Assembly: GCA_043228905.1 (NCBI GenBank)
Contig: JBHGNT010000001.1
Coordinates: forward strand, 23,560,001-23,624,000
DNA: 64,000 nt
Direction: 5' to 3'
Source: Azolla caroliniana
Taxonomy: Eukaryota; Plantae; Polypodiophyta
The notes under the pieces were generated by a model. The model saw nothing but the letters and a program-made list of their open reading frames with translations. It was not told the DNA's origin and ran no database searches. A program made the position numbers and the translations under genes. Shown piece after piece: positions 13,401 through 25,611 of this stretch. How positions within the stretch are numbered: position 1 is the stretch's first letter; each line of letters starts with the position of its first letter.

Positions 13401-16400
13401 TCATTCCTCGCCCGTCGGTTCTTCCTCGTTTCCGGATCGTTCGTCACTGCTGACTAGGAGAGCCGGGTCTGGCTCGTCGTCGTGTCGCTTCTTGAACGCT
13501 TTGATCCGCTTCCCTGCAACTGGTATCGCCATTCTCGTGCCGTCGAGTTCCGCCAGGTGATATGTCCCGTTGTCATTGGCGCTCCGTACCACGTAAGGCC
13601 CGAACCACCTTCGTGCGAACTTCCGTGTAGCTCGGTGCTGGTTGTCGAGGCTGCTGTCGTAGACGAGCACCCAGTCACCTTCTTCGATTTTCTTCGGTCG
13701 GAGCCGGTGCGTTCGGTCGAACCTGGCTTTGTTCTTTGTCCTCGCCACCCGGAGCTTCTCCGCAGCCAGTTCCACGTCCTCCGGTCTCCGCTCGAGCTGT
13801 CGTATACGCGCGGCCAACAACTCCTCCCGGCTCATCTCGTCCCTCCAGTCGACCGTTGCCCACGAGGAGATCGTCCGTTCCATCGGCATGATCGGCTTCT
13901 GGCCGAACATGAGCTCCGTCGGCATGTACCCGGTTACCGAACTGTGCGTGGTCCGGTCTGCCCACAAAGCATAAGGTAGCAGCCGCGGCCAGTTACCGAC
14001 TCGGCCTCCGCATGCCCGAACCAACGCCTTGACGATCGGCCCGTGTCCGCGCTCCACCTTTCCATTCGCCTCCGGATTGTACGCAGTGGTGAGCGAGAGC
14101 TTGACTCCCAGCCGGTCGAACAGCTCTGCGGCTTCTTCGGCGTCCAACTCCCCTCGGTCAGCCACGATCTTCCCGACGCACCCGTACCGGCATATCACGT
14201 CCTCGATTAGGAACCGACATACGGCCGCGGTCGTTTTGTTCGGAAGGGCCCGACCTTCCACCTGGTTCGTCAGATCCTCCCGCGCTAGGACCAGGTACCG
14301 CATCTGTCCTACCCCCATTGGCATCGTCACCAGATCTACCATCCATTTGAAGTGGATGGTCGGAGGGTACGTAGGGTGAAGCTCGTCCCGGTGTCGGACC
14401 ACGGAGTGCATCTGACAGCTCTCGCAAGTTGTCACGAATCGATGCACGTCCCGGTACTGCCCCGGCCACCAATACTTCCCCTTCAGTTTCTCAAACGTAG
14501 CCCATGTTCCACGGTGTCCAGCCCAAGGGCTGTCGTGGTAGGCCGCTAGCAGCTCCTCCTGATCTTCCTTCATTGCCACCACCCGGAGCGGGACGCCGTT
14601 CCTCTTCTTCGGGTGCTTCCACAAGTATCCATCCCGGAGAAAGAACCGGTACGCTTTCTTCCGGATCCGGTTGGCCTCGTCCTTCGTCCATGACGCATCG
14701 GGCGTTATTGTCTTCAAAAACCCACCGATCTGCAGCCACTCCCCGTCGTACTTGCTCGCGTCGAAGTCGTTAAGCGCCGGAGTGCTTGTTCCGTCGGTTG
14801 TTACATACGCAGTCTCGAAGAAGTCCACGCCGACCTCTTCGTCCTCCGAAACCATGCCGCCCTCGTCATCGAATCTCGCCCTTGAAAGCATGTCGGCCAT
14901 GGCGTTGTCTTTCCCGGAAATGTGTCGTATTTCCGGGTCCAGGGACTTGATGTACGCTATCCACCTGAGCATTGCCAGGTCCGGCGTCGCGCATCCGGAA
15001 ACCATGCCGAGAATCGGCATGCAATCCGTCTCTATGATTACCTCTGTCCCGATCAGATAGTCCTTGTCGGCCTTCACCGCCGAAACGATACCCCAGAGTT
15101 CGCGTTTAACCTGGGCGTATCCTCGCTGCCGCTCACTGAGGACCTTCGCGCCGAATCGGATCGGAAACCGATTGCCGTCCTCGTCTTCTTGGTTGACGAC
15201 CCACCCGATTCCGGTCGGACTCGTGTCAACCGTTATGTACACTGGGATGCCCTTCCTGTAGACGGCCTTTCGGAGCGCCGGTGCTGCCGAAAGAGCCTCC
15301 TTCAGCTTCCGGACCGACTCCGTGTGCTTGTCTAGCCATTCGAATCTTCGCCCTTTCTTCAATAATCCGTACAGCGGCTCCGCGACGTGTGCGTAATGCG
15401 GGATCCATATGTGGTAGAAGGCGCATGCTCCCAAGAATCTTCGTACTTCCGTGACCGAGCTGCAATCAGGCTTCATCGCGGAGATGGCTTCTACCTTTGC
15501 CGGAGACGGTTTCCGGCCATATGGACCACATAAATGTCCGACCACCATGATTTCCGACTGCCCGAAGGCTGACTTCTCCCCCGAGAAGGTGAGCCTCGCA
15601 TCCTCTAGCCTTTGCAGCACCTTCTCGCAGTCGTCGATGTGCGTCATCACGAATCGCCGGCATCCGTCCGGCCCGATCGTCTCGTCCTTCTCTTCTACCG
15701 GGCATCCCTTGATCGGGATGTCGTCTAGAAACGGCATGGTGATGTCCGGGATGCAGTCCCTCAGCACCTTGTTCATTGCATTCACCATGTGGGCCACCGA
15801 GTTGGTCCCTCCTTGCGGCAACGTACACATCCGCACTAGGCCGAGGGGAGTTCGCATCGTCGTAATGTCTCTGCTCTCCACGGCTAGCTGGAACTGGTCG
15901 TACCCTGAGTATAGATCACCGACCGAGTAAATCGACCTTCCGGCGAAGGCCTCCGCGAACTCGTCTATGGTCGGTCCGATCCCTGCGTTCCGAATGGTCA
16001 CTCTGTTGACCGGCTGCAGGTCCTGAATGAAGCGCAACGATCCGTTTTTCTTTGGTACGGTAAACCATCGGTTTGAATATGGGGCGCTCGACGGCTCGAG
16101 AATGCCCATATCAACTTTCTGCTTCAACAGCTCCATCAACTTCGGGATGTGAGCTCTCGGAACCGGAATTGGCTTGAGATTCCACGGTACATGCGGTACC
16201 GTGAATATCACCATTGGCTCTACGATCGTCGGGTCTACGCACCCGATTTCCTCCGGTGAGAATGCGAAGGCTTTCCCGTGCCTTCCGAGCATTCTCCGAA
16301 ACCGGTCTTCCTCCACCGGCAGTAGGAACCCGCCCCCACCGATCTTCAGCTCGCGGAGCGTCTCGTTGGTGAAGGTGTGTCCTATGCAGGTCGGATCTCG

Positions 16401-16889
16401 TAAGCTGGGGTCCGATGCAACCCCTTTGATTCGGGATTCGCTGCCCTCCGGTAAGGGCGCCGCAACTGGCCTCACCTTCCGGTCCACAGTCTTGTACTTG
16501 GTGCTAACTCGGGCCGTCCGTTCCGACTCGAGCCCTCGACCGAAGTCCGCGATGAATTCGTACATTTCTTCGGAACATACCGGTATCGTCCGGTCTTCGT
16601 TAAGGTCTTCTTCGACTACCTTCCCCAGCATTCCCAAGGTGTCGTCGAAGGAGACTGCCTCCACGGCTCCGTCGATTTCTTCGTCAGGGCCGAGAACTCC
16701 GCACGCCCGAAGTCTCCCCTCTGTCTTTGTTTTCTCTCGGCCGGCGATGCCGACCATCGTACATGCTCCGCTGTCGGAGAAGCAAAATTTCCTACCTATT
16801 GTACACGGTTTTATCGTACAGATGTGGGGTTTTCCCGGAGCATCCGGACTGTCGCGGCCCCACGCCTTGGCAGTCCTCTCTAAAAATCC
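13401..16889 (-). CDS. Element B pol (RT-RNase H-INT), intact frame, probably entered by -1 frameshift
   Basis: RFIQDLQPVN, GDLYSGYDQ, PFLDD, VDTSP, H..H..C..C, DLVTM/ADRGE/NGKVE, WFGPY. The frame stays open upstream of the annotated ATG (16757) back to the slippery site at 16883-16889. Confidence 0.92.
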   Translation of the reverse strand, partial: GFLERTAKAWGRDSPDAPGKPHICTIKPCTIGRKFCFSDSGACTMVGIAGREKTKTEGRLRACGVLGPDEEIDGAVEAVSFDDTLGMLGKVVEEDLNEDRTIPVCSEEMYEFIADFGRGLESERTARVSTKYKTVDRKVRPVAAPLPEGSESRIKGVASDPSLRDPTCIGHTFTNETLRELKIGGGGFLLPVEEDRFRRMLGRHGKAFAFSPEEIGCVDPTIVEPMVIFTVPHVPWNLKPIPVPRAHIPKLMELLKQKVDMGILEPSSAPYSNRWFTVPKKNGSLRFIQDLQPVNRVTIRNAGIGPTIDEFAEAFAGRSIYSVGDLYSGYDQFQLAVESRDITTMRTPLGLVRMCTLPQGGTNSVAHMVNAMNKVLRDCIPDITMPFLDDIPIKGCPVEEKDETIGPDGCRRFVMTHIDDCEKVLQRLEDARLTFSGEKSAFGQSEIMVVGHLCGPYGRKPSPAKVEAISAMKPDCSSVTEVRRFLGACAFYHIWIPHYAHVAEPLYGLLKKGRRFEWLDKHTESVRKLKEALSAAPALRKAVYRKGIPVYITVDTSPTGIGWVVNQEDEDGNRFPIRFGAKVLSERQRGYAQVKRELWGIVSAVKADKDYLIGTEVIIETDCMPILGMVSGCATPDLAMLRWIAYIKSLDPEIRHISGKDNAMADMLSRARFDDEGGMVSEDEEVGVDFFETAYVTTDGTSTPALNDFDASKYDGEWLQIGGFLKTITPDASWTKDEANRIRKKAYRFFLRDGYLWKHPKKRNGVPLRVVAMKEDQEELLAAYHDSPWAGHRGTWATFEKLKGKYWWPGQYRDVHRFVTTCESCQMHSVVRHRDELHPTYPPTIHFKWMVDLVTMPMGVGQMRYLVLAREDLTNQVEGRALPNKTTAAVCRFLIEDVICRYGCVGKIVADRGELDAEEAAELFDRLGVKLSLTTAYNPEANGKVERGHGPIVKALVRACGGRVGNWPRLLPYALWADRTTHSSVTGYMPTELMFGQKPIMPMERTISSWATVDWRDEMSREELLAARIRQLERRPEDVELAAEKLRVARTKNKARFDRTHRLRPKKIEEGDWVLVYDSSLDNQHRATRKFARRWFGPYVVRSANDNGTYHLAELDGTRMAIPVAGKRIKAFKKRHDDEPDPALLVSSDERSGNEEEPTGEE

Positions 16890-19001
16890 TCTCGGTTTTC
16901 GGAACCGAGGGAGTTGCGGTTACGTTCGTGGTTCGGCCGTACCGTCAGAAACTGGACCGAATGGCGCCCGTCTTGGCTTTTGACCCTCGCGTAGGCCGAA
17001 CCATTGTCCTGCACCTTGGTCTCCATTCGTGCCGCCGTGATGTACGGCTCTCCCAGTATGACCGGATGCGAAGACGTCTCCTGCACGAAGAAGTGCTGGT
17101 CAATCTCGACGTCGCCGATCTTGACTCGCACATTCGGACAGGCCCCGTGCAGTTCCTCGGTGGCGCGCGTTGCTGCCCTTATTTTCCACCCGTGCTTGGT
17201 GTTGATCGGCCATTTGCCCTTCTTATAGAAGTCCATGGACATCAAATTGATCTCCGATCCGTGGTCCACCAAAGCTATCACCGGTTCCTGGACATCGCCG
17301 ATCTTCACCGGGGTTTCCGTGGTCGCTCGGGCCCAGTGTGGTCTCGAATAGTGGCTTTCCGCCCACTCGTCTCCCAGCGCCATGTCGTCTAGGTGCGTCG
17401 TCCGCACTTCCACCGGTCTTTCCGGTTCTGTCTCCGTTGACAGCCTCTTCCGTTTCACCAAGTCCACGATGGAGTCGTGGAACTCCTTCTTGGCGATTCC
17501 CAGCACCTCTCGTAACGACAGCTCCACCTTGCTGTCGAGGATCCGTTCCTCCAGGACCTTTCGTAAGTCCGTGGTCCTTTCTATCTCCGTCCCCAGACGG
17601 TACCCGCCCTTCTGGGGTTTATCTTGCGTACCGGCCCCGCCGGCTTCGTCCCGTCGTGGTCCGGACCGGGTCTCGTATCGTTGTGAGGGCCCGGTCGTCC
17701 CGGGTTTCCCCACCCGCTTCTCTTCTACCAGAGCCTCGTAGTTCTGGCAAGCGGCTTCCACGAAGCCCGTCTTTTCCTCGACCGGGTCGCTCCACCCGGT
17801 CATCTCCCGTACCCGTTTCTCCGCACGGTCCGATTCTTCCCTTTTAAGCCTTGCACCGGCAAGGCCTTCCAGCATCGTCGGCCAGAATCCGGCTTTGCTT
17901 TCCCTTCGGGCCTCGCCGCCCCCGACTCGAATGTCGGCCGACGCCGAGTAGTGGACGGTTTCCGCGTGTCGGGCCGCCGCCTCTTCCATCAACCTTTTCA
18001 TACCACCTCGCCCGTCGTTTCGGCTCAGGGCCCTTCGGGTGTCGCTGGCATGCACCCGTCCTTCCCACAGGTACACCACCCTGTTCCCGAATGTGGCCGA
18101 CTTCATTGCACCACATGCACCTGTTTCCTGCCGCCGGCCGTCGGTCACGAGCCAGTTCGCCACCTTCCCTTCGGGCTTGCGCGATTTGGAGGTCCTTTAT
18201 CGCCCTCGTCAATTCCTCCAGCGCCGCTCCTCCGGTTGAGCCTCTGACTACGCCGGTCGAAGCCGAACCGGTTTCCAACCACTCTCGGGTCTCTTCCTTT
18301 CGCACCTGTGGCGCTGGTTCGAGCTTCCTTGCTGCGACCGAGCCCGACCCGGTTGCCCCGTTATCCGCCCATTCTCGTCGTTTGTCGAAACGGCCACAGA
18401 CTTTCTTGACAGCCGCCCAGTCGGTAGTGAGCCCGTCTTCGGTTTCCAGCAAGAGGCCCACTTGCTCCCGATCCCGCTCGTCGACCGACTTGACAAACAG
18501 CAAGACTCGGCTTGTGTCCAGGATGGTTCGGTCGAGCGCCGAAAGGCGCGCAAAGTTTTCCTCGAACTCCCGGAGGAGTGCCGACGCGTTTCTTCCCTTC
18601 CCCGGGGACTCCACCCATTCCATGAACCTTCGCTTCGAAAGCCGGAGCGCGTCGTCCAGCCCGTATTTCTCTAGGAGCCGACCTTCGAACTCCTCCCAGG
18701 TACGGCTCTCCGCCCGCACCTCGAGCACCTCCGCATGGATGCTCGGCATCGCCACTCGGGGAAATCCGGCAAGACGCCTTTCTTCCGAAATGTCCCGCAT
18801 CAGCATCTCTGCACCGTAGGACGCCAAATACTTCGTGGCATCCTTCCCATCGAACCGGCCGATCGTGCCGACGACCGCCTCAATAGCTCTGTCGAGGGCA
18901 CCGGTGCCCTCGCGCGCGTTTACAATCCGATCCACGGCCGAAGCCATGGCCTCTGCAAGATCCGACCCCCTCATCTTCTGCTCTTCTGCCGCCTCTTTCA
19001 C
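16880..19001 (-). pseudogene. Element B gag-protease, broken by a small deletion in the zinc knuckle
   Basis: RFDGKDATKYL Gag; CMWCNEVGHIR truncated relative to element C (which continues KECADFAEALRT); protease LVDHGSEINLM...ILGEPY. Confidence 0.85.
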
Positions 19002-19856
19002 GTCGAGTTCACCAAAGATGTCGAGATATTACGCAAGTGCGTGTGGAAACGAGGCGGGACCGCGGGGGTCTCGAACCAAAGAGCAAGCGAGGGAGGAGGA
19101 AGAGAGAGAACCGGCTACGCAGGACCGGGGATACACAGGGACACGGCCCTTCAGCACGGAGAACGCGAACAGACACCGACACAAACAGATGCGAATGACT
19201 AAATATGTATATTAACAAAAATGGCTAACACGACTACAACCCTCGATGGGGCACAGGTTGGTTACAACCGAACAGGCCGGCGAACAGATGCCGATGCTTG
19301 TTCGCTTCGACGCACAAAGTGGCAGCAGGTCGGAGGTGCTGCCGGAAGCACTCAGGCGTTCCTCGAAACAGCGCGAGCCTCCTCGGGACCCTGCACAGAA
19401 AGCTATGGAGCTCAAGAAGGAAGGAAACAGAGAGAGAAGCGTCCAGAAACGGTCCGACAACACTTCGTCCTCTCTGCGCGAGATGCCTGCAACAGCTCTT
19501 TCCTGCTCCTTATATAGGCCGACGAGCAGGCCGTCATGTCAGCTTTATTCCCTGTCCCTTTCAAACAGGGATCCGCTCCGTTCTTCACGCATCCGCGTAG
19601 TTACGCCGCCGACTCGTACAGTTCCTTAGCTCGCGCGCGCGACCGAAAAGACTGTTCGCGCGGTCTTTGTCTCCACTTGTGTTAGGGCCCGTTCCTGCCG
19701 ATTATCCTCCTAATTCGCTTCTATGTACAACTTGGAGCGTGCGCGCGTGAAGAACCGGTTCCCACGCCTTGGTGCGCCGATTCCGCTTATGGGCGGTTTT
19801 CTTCACGACAACGGTAAATTCTCACCACGGGATATTAAATGGTCATGCCCGTAACA

Positions 19857-22800
19857 GCCGTAGTGAGCGAGAGTTTAACCCCTAACCGTTCAAACAACTC
19901 TTCAGCCTCCTATGCATCCAGTTCCCCATGGTCCGCTACGATCTTTCCTACTCACCCATACCAAAACACCACCTCCTCGATTAGGAACCGGCATAAGGCC
20001 GCGGTCGTCTTGTTCGGTAATGCTCGGCCCTCCACCTGGTTCGTTAGATCTTCTCGAGCTAGCACTAGGTACCGCATCTGCCCTACCCTCATTGACATCG
20101 TTACCAGATCCACCATCCACTTGAAGTGGATGGTCGGCGGGTAAGTCGGGTGTAGCTTGTCCCGATGTCGGACTGTGGAATGTAGCTGACAGCTTTCGCG
20201 CGTCGTCACGAATTGGTACACATCCCGGTACAGCCCCGACCACCAATATTTCTCTCTCAGTTTCTCGAACGTGGCCCATTTCCCGTTGTGTCTGGCCGAA
20301 GGACTCTCGTGGTACGCCGTTAACAACTTGTCCTACTTGTCCTTTCTCGCCACTACGTGGAGTGGAACGTCGCCTCGCTTCTTTGGGAGCTTCCATATAC
20401 TTCCGTCCCGTAGGAAGAATCGGTATGCTTTCTTTTGGATCCGGTTAGCCTCCTCTCGGCTCCACGTCGCGTCCGCCATCATTGTCCTCAGGAATCTTCC
20501 AATTTGGAGCCACTCCCCATCGTACTCGCTCTCGTTGAACTCGTTAAGTGCCGGAGTGCTCCCTGCCCTTGTCGCTACGTGAGCCGACTCGAAGAAGTCT
20601 ACGCTGACTTCTTCGTCCTCCGAAACCATGCCGTTCTAGTCGTCGAAATGCGCTCTAGAAAGCATATCGGCCATGGTGTTGTCCTTTCCGGAGATGTGTC
20701 GTATCTCCGGGTCCAGGGACTTAATGTACGTGATCCACCTGAGCATTGCTAGGTCTGGAGTCGCGCATCGGGAAACCATACCGAGGATCGGCATGCAGTC
20801 CATCTCGATGATTACTTCTGTCCCGATCTTGTAGTCTTTATCGGTCTTGACCGCCGAAACGATACCCCACAGTTCGCGTTTAACTTGGGCGTATCCTCGA
20901 TGTCGCTCACTAAGAACCTTCGCCCCGAACCAAATCGGGAACCGCGTATTGCTCTCGTCCTCCTGATTGATCACCCATCTTATCCCGGTCGGGCTCGTAT
21001 CTACGGTTACGTAGATTGGGACCTCCTTGCCGTAAACCGCTTTCCGGAGAGCTGGTGCCACAATAAGCGCCTCCTTCAGTCTCCAGATCGACTCTGTATG
21101 CTCCTTGCCCCATTCGAATTTACGCCCCTTCTTCAGCACCCCGTAGAGTGGTTTCACGACGTGTGCATAGTGTGGAATCTAGATGTGATAGAATGCACAC
21201 GCCCCCAAGAACCTTCGGACCTCCGTAACTGACCTGCAATCGTCCTTCATCGCGGAGATGGCCGCCACCTTTGCCAGAGACGGTTTCCGGCCGTAAGGCC
21301 CGCACAAGTGCCTGACTACCAGTATATCCGACTGCCCGAAAGTTGACTTCTCTCCGGAGAAGGTGAGTTGTGTGCTCTCAAGTCTCTGTAGCACCTTCTC
21401 GCAGTCGTTGATGTGGTCCGCGACGAATTTCTGGCATCCGTGCGGCCCGACCGATTTGTCCTTATTCCCCACCAGACATCCCTTGATCGGGATGTTGTCC
21501 AAGAATGACATGGTGATGTCCGGGATGCAGTCCCTCAGCACCTTGTTCATCGCATTCACCATGTGCGCCACCGAGTTGGTCCCTCCCTACGGCAGGGTAC
21601 ACATCCACACTAGGCCGAGATGAGTCCGCATCGTTGTGATATCCCTGCTCTCTACGGCTGGTTGGAACTGGTCATACCTTGAATATAGATCACCGACCGA
21701 ATAGATTGACCTTCCGGGGAAGGCCTCCGCGAACTCGTCGATTGTCGGTCCTATACCTGCGTTTCGAATGGTCACCTTGTTGACCGACTGTAGGTCTTGT
21801 ATGAAGTGCAACGTGTCATTCTTTTTCGGCACGGTGAACCACCGATTCGAATACGGGGCACTCGACGGGTCGAGGATGCCCATCTCTAGTTTCTGTTTTA
21901 GCAGCTCCACCAACTTCGGGACGTGAGCTCTAGGTACCGGAATCAGTTTGAGATTCCACGGCACATGCAGTACCGTGAATATTACCATCGGTTCTACGAT
22001 CGATGGGTCTACGCACCCGATCTCCTCCGATGAGAATGCGAAGACCTTCTCGTGCCTTCCGAGCATCCTCCGAAACCGGTCCTCCTCCGCCGGCAATAGA
22101 AAGTCACCCGTACCAACCTTGAGCTCCCGTAGCGTTGTCGTGAAGATCTGTCACTACGTGCGGATCGTGAGGCGGAACCGCTAGGGTTCTGGACCGGAAG
22201 GATTCGAAGTTTGCACAAGCTTTAGCGAGAAAGTATTTAAGATAGATTGAAAGAGAGAGATTGAGATAAGATAAAACGCGTGACTTTAGATTTGAAGAAC
22301 AAGATTGATACATCAATTGGATAACGAATTTTCTTCTTAATTTTAATTTTGGTATAAAGCTCTTGATAAGAATTTTACATTTTTTTTTTCATCTTTTTCC
22401 CCTCCTATTTTATAGATGCCCTCATGCATTTGAGGGTACAAGACATGCATAAAATGCATGTTTGCCTCATGTATGAGAATTTACATGTAAAGTTATAATG
22501 ATAGAAATATAATTTCTAAAGAAATGGTTCGGCTTAATGGTAAGCCTATTGCTTCCTATCTTGGAGGTGTTAAGTTCAAGTCTTGCTTACATCTTTTTCT
22601 TTTATGCACAAAATACTATTAGGCTTTTGGACCAAACATCTTTAAGACACCATGCACCGCGATCAACCGACCCGACCGATTCGTCCGATTTGCATCCGTT
22701 TGGTTTGGCCCAGTCCGGTCGCCGGTTGTTTTCTATGATTCATACTCGATTTTGTACATTTTATGTGATTTTCATACCATTGCCGAAAATCTTCACGACA

Positions 22801-25538
22801 GCGTTACGTCGGTGAACCGGTGTCCTATGCCGGCCGGATTCCGCAAACTTGGGTCGGGCGTGACCCCTTTTATCCGCTCCTTGCTGCCCTCCGACAAGGG
22901 AGCCGCGACTGGCCTCACCTTCCGGTCCACAGTCTTGTACCTTGTATCCACGCGAGCCGTTCGGTCCGACTCAACCCTTTCTCCGAAGTTAGCAATGACT
23001 TCATACATCTCCACCGAGCTAACCGAAATCGTCTGGTCTTCACTAAGCCCTTCTTCCACCACACCGCGTAATCCCCCCAAGGTGTCATCGAAGGAGACCG
23101 CCTCCATGGTCCATGTCGCCGCCAATCTCTTCGCCAGGGCCGAGGACACTGCACACCCTTAATCTTTCCTCCGCCCGCTTCTTTTCCCGGCCGTTGATGC
23201 CGGCTATAGTACAACCTCCGTTATCGGAGAACCAGAATTTCCTATCTATGGTACATGTGTGGGGTTTCCCCGGGGTGTCCGGACTACCGCGGCCCCACGC
23301 CTTGATAGCCCTCTCTAAAAATCCCCTCGGCTATCACCGCCGAGGGTCTCGCGGTTACGCTCATGATTCGGCCTTGCCGTCAGAAATTGAACGGAGTGCT
23401 GCCCGTCCTGGCTCTTCACGCGCGCGTATACCGAACCGTTGTCAAGCACCTTCGTTTCCATGCGTGCCGCCGTAATGTACGGTTCGCTGAGTATCACCGG
23501 GTGCAAGGATGTCTCATGCACAAAAAATGTTGATCTAACTAGACGTCGCCAACCTTTATGCGTACATTCGGGCACGCACTATGCAGCTCCTCCGTAGCGC
23601 GTATCTTCCACCCGTGCTTGGTGTTGATCGGCCATTTCCCTTTTTTATAGAAGTCCATGGACATCAGGTTGATTTCGGATCCATGGTCTATCAATGCTAC
23701 CACCGGCTCTGGAACGTCCCCGATCCGAAAAGGGGTCTCCGTAGTGGCTTTGGCCCAATGCAACTTCGAATAGTGATTGTCCGCCAACTCGTCTTCTAGG
23801 GTCGTGTCTTCTAGGCGTGTCGTCCGCACCTCCACAGGCTTCTCCGGCTCCGACTAGCCGCTTATGCTTTACCAAGTCTACAATGGAGTCGTGGAACTCC
23901 TTCTTGGCAATCCCGAGTACCTCCCGTAACGACAACTCTACCTTGCTATCGAGGATCCATTCCTCAACGACCTTTCATAGGTTCGTCGTTCGCTCTATTT
24001 CGGTGTTTAGTCGGAAACCGGCCTACTTCTTTCTATTTGGCGCGCCGGTGTTGGCGGCATCGTTCGGCTTCGGTCTGAACCGGGTCTCGTACCGTTGTGA
24101 GGGATCGGCCCCTCCAGCCTTCCCCGCGCGCTTGTCTTCTACCAGAACCTCGTAGTTCTGGCATGCGGCTTCCACGAAGCCGGTCTTTTCTTCAACCGGA
24201 TCGTCCCATCCGGTGACCTCCCGAATCCTTTGTTCCACGCGGTCCGCTTCCTATTTCCTCAGCCGAACCCCTGAGAGGCCTTCTAGCACTAACGGCCAGA
24301 ATCCGGAGTCTTTCGCCTTCCGGCCCTCGTCACCCCCGACCCGAATACCCGGCAACGCAAAGTAGTGGATGACCTCTACGTGTCGTGTCGCGGCTTCCTC
24401 CATCAACCGCTTCATTTTGCCGCACCCGATATTCAACACCAGGGCTTTCTAAGTCTCGCTCGCATGTACCCGCCCATTCCAGAGGTACACTGCGTTAGTC
24501 CTGAGTGCTTCTGCAAAATCCGCGCACTCCTTCTGGATGTGACCGACCGCATCCCACTACATGCATCGTTGCCCTGCCGGCAGCCTCCGGTCACGAGGCT
24601 ATTCGCCGTTGTCTCTCCGGGCCTACGCGATCTGGAGATCCCGCACCATTTGTGTCAACTCTTCTAAAGCTGATCCCCCGGAGAGACCCTTGACTGCGTC
24701 GGACGGACCTGCACCCAACTCCAGCCAAGTCCGAGTCTCGTCTTTCCTTACTGATGTCGACTCCTCGAACTCCCTTGTCGGGACCGGCCTTGCTGCTGGC
24801 GATCCCTCGTCGCTCCATTCACGCCGTTTGTCGAAACGACTACAGACTTGTTTTACCACAGCCCAGTCTATCATGAGCCCTTCGTCCGTCTCCAATAGGA
24901 GACCCACTTTCTCCCGGTCCAACGCGTCCACCGCTTTGACGAACAACAGGACCCGCCTTGTGTCGAGCACAATCTGGTCCAGCGACGACAACCAAGCGAA
25001 CCGTTTTTCAAATTCCTAGAGGAGCGCAGACGTGTTCCTCACCTTTCCGGGGGTCTCCACCCACTCCATGAACTCTCGCTTTGAAAGCCGAAGTGAGTAG
25101 TCATCGAGCCCGTATTTCTCGAGGATCTGACCTTGAAACTCTCCCCAGGTCCAACATCCAGCTTGTACCTCGAGCACCTCTGCATGAATGCCTGGCGTCG
25201 CCACTCGAGGGAAACCGGCGCCTATCTTCCAGAATGTCCCTCATCACCATTTCGGCCCGGTAGGGCTCCAGATGACTCGTGGCGTTCTTACCATTGAACC
25301 GGCCTATCGCGCGACAATCGCTTCAATGGCCCTGTCAAGGGCGCAAGTGCCCTCTCGAGCGCTTACTATTCGATCAACTGCTGCCGCCATGGCTTCGACA
25401 AGCTCTGATCCCCTCATCTTCACTCCTCTGCCGCCTTGCTTCACGTCGGGTTCACCAAATTAATGTCGTGCAGTTCCGTTCACACGGGAGAAACTAAGGC
25501 GAGACCACGATGGTCTTGGACTGAGGGGTTTAAGAGAT

Positions 25539-25611
<73 letters not shown>

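Larger units (their letters stand above)
12539..19810 (-). mobile_element. Element B: young GC-rich non-chromovirus Ty3/Gypsy, tRNA-Trp primed
   Basis: LTRs 12539-13329 and 19019-19810 (TG...CA; about 6 differences). 4-bp TSD A[T/C]GG. PBS TGGTGAACTCGACGTGAA at 18997-19014. PPT-like AGGTGAGGGCGGA next to the 3' LTR. Confidence 0.96.
5562..19856 (-). mobile_element. Element A: degraded Ty3/Gypsy chromovirus
   Basis: 3' LTR 5562-6016. 5' LTR 12126-12538 plus 19811-19856, split by element B. PPT GAGGGGGAGTA at 6017-6027; decayed tRNA-Met PBS at about 12112-12125. LTRs differ at roughly 16 sites by eye. Flanks TGGAG and GCCGT do not match. Confidence 0.92.

Noticed and set aside
13375-19202. Many long antisense ORFs over element B (e.g. 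17851-18819, 16174-16983)
   Set aside because: Shadow ORFs expected from GC-rich codon usage; no recognisable motifs.
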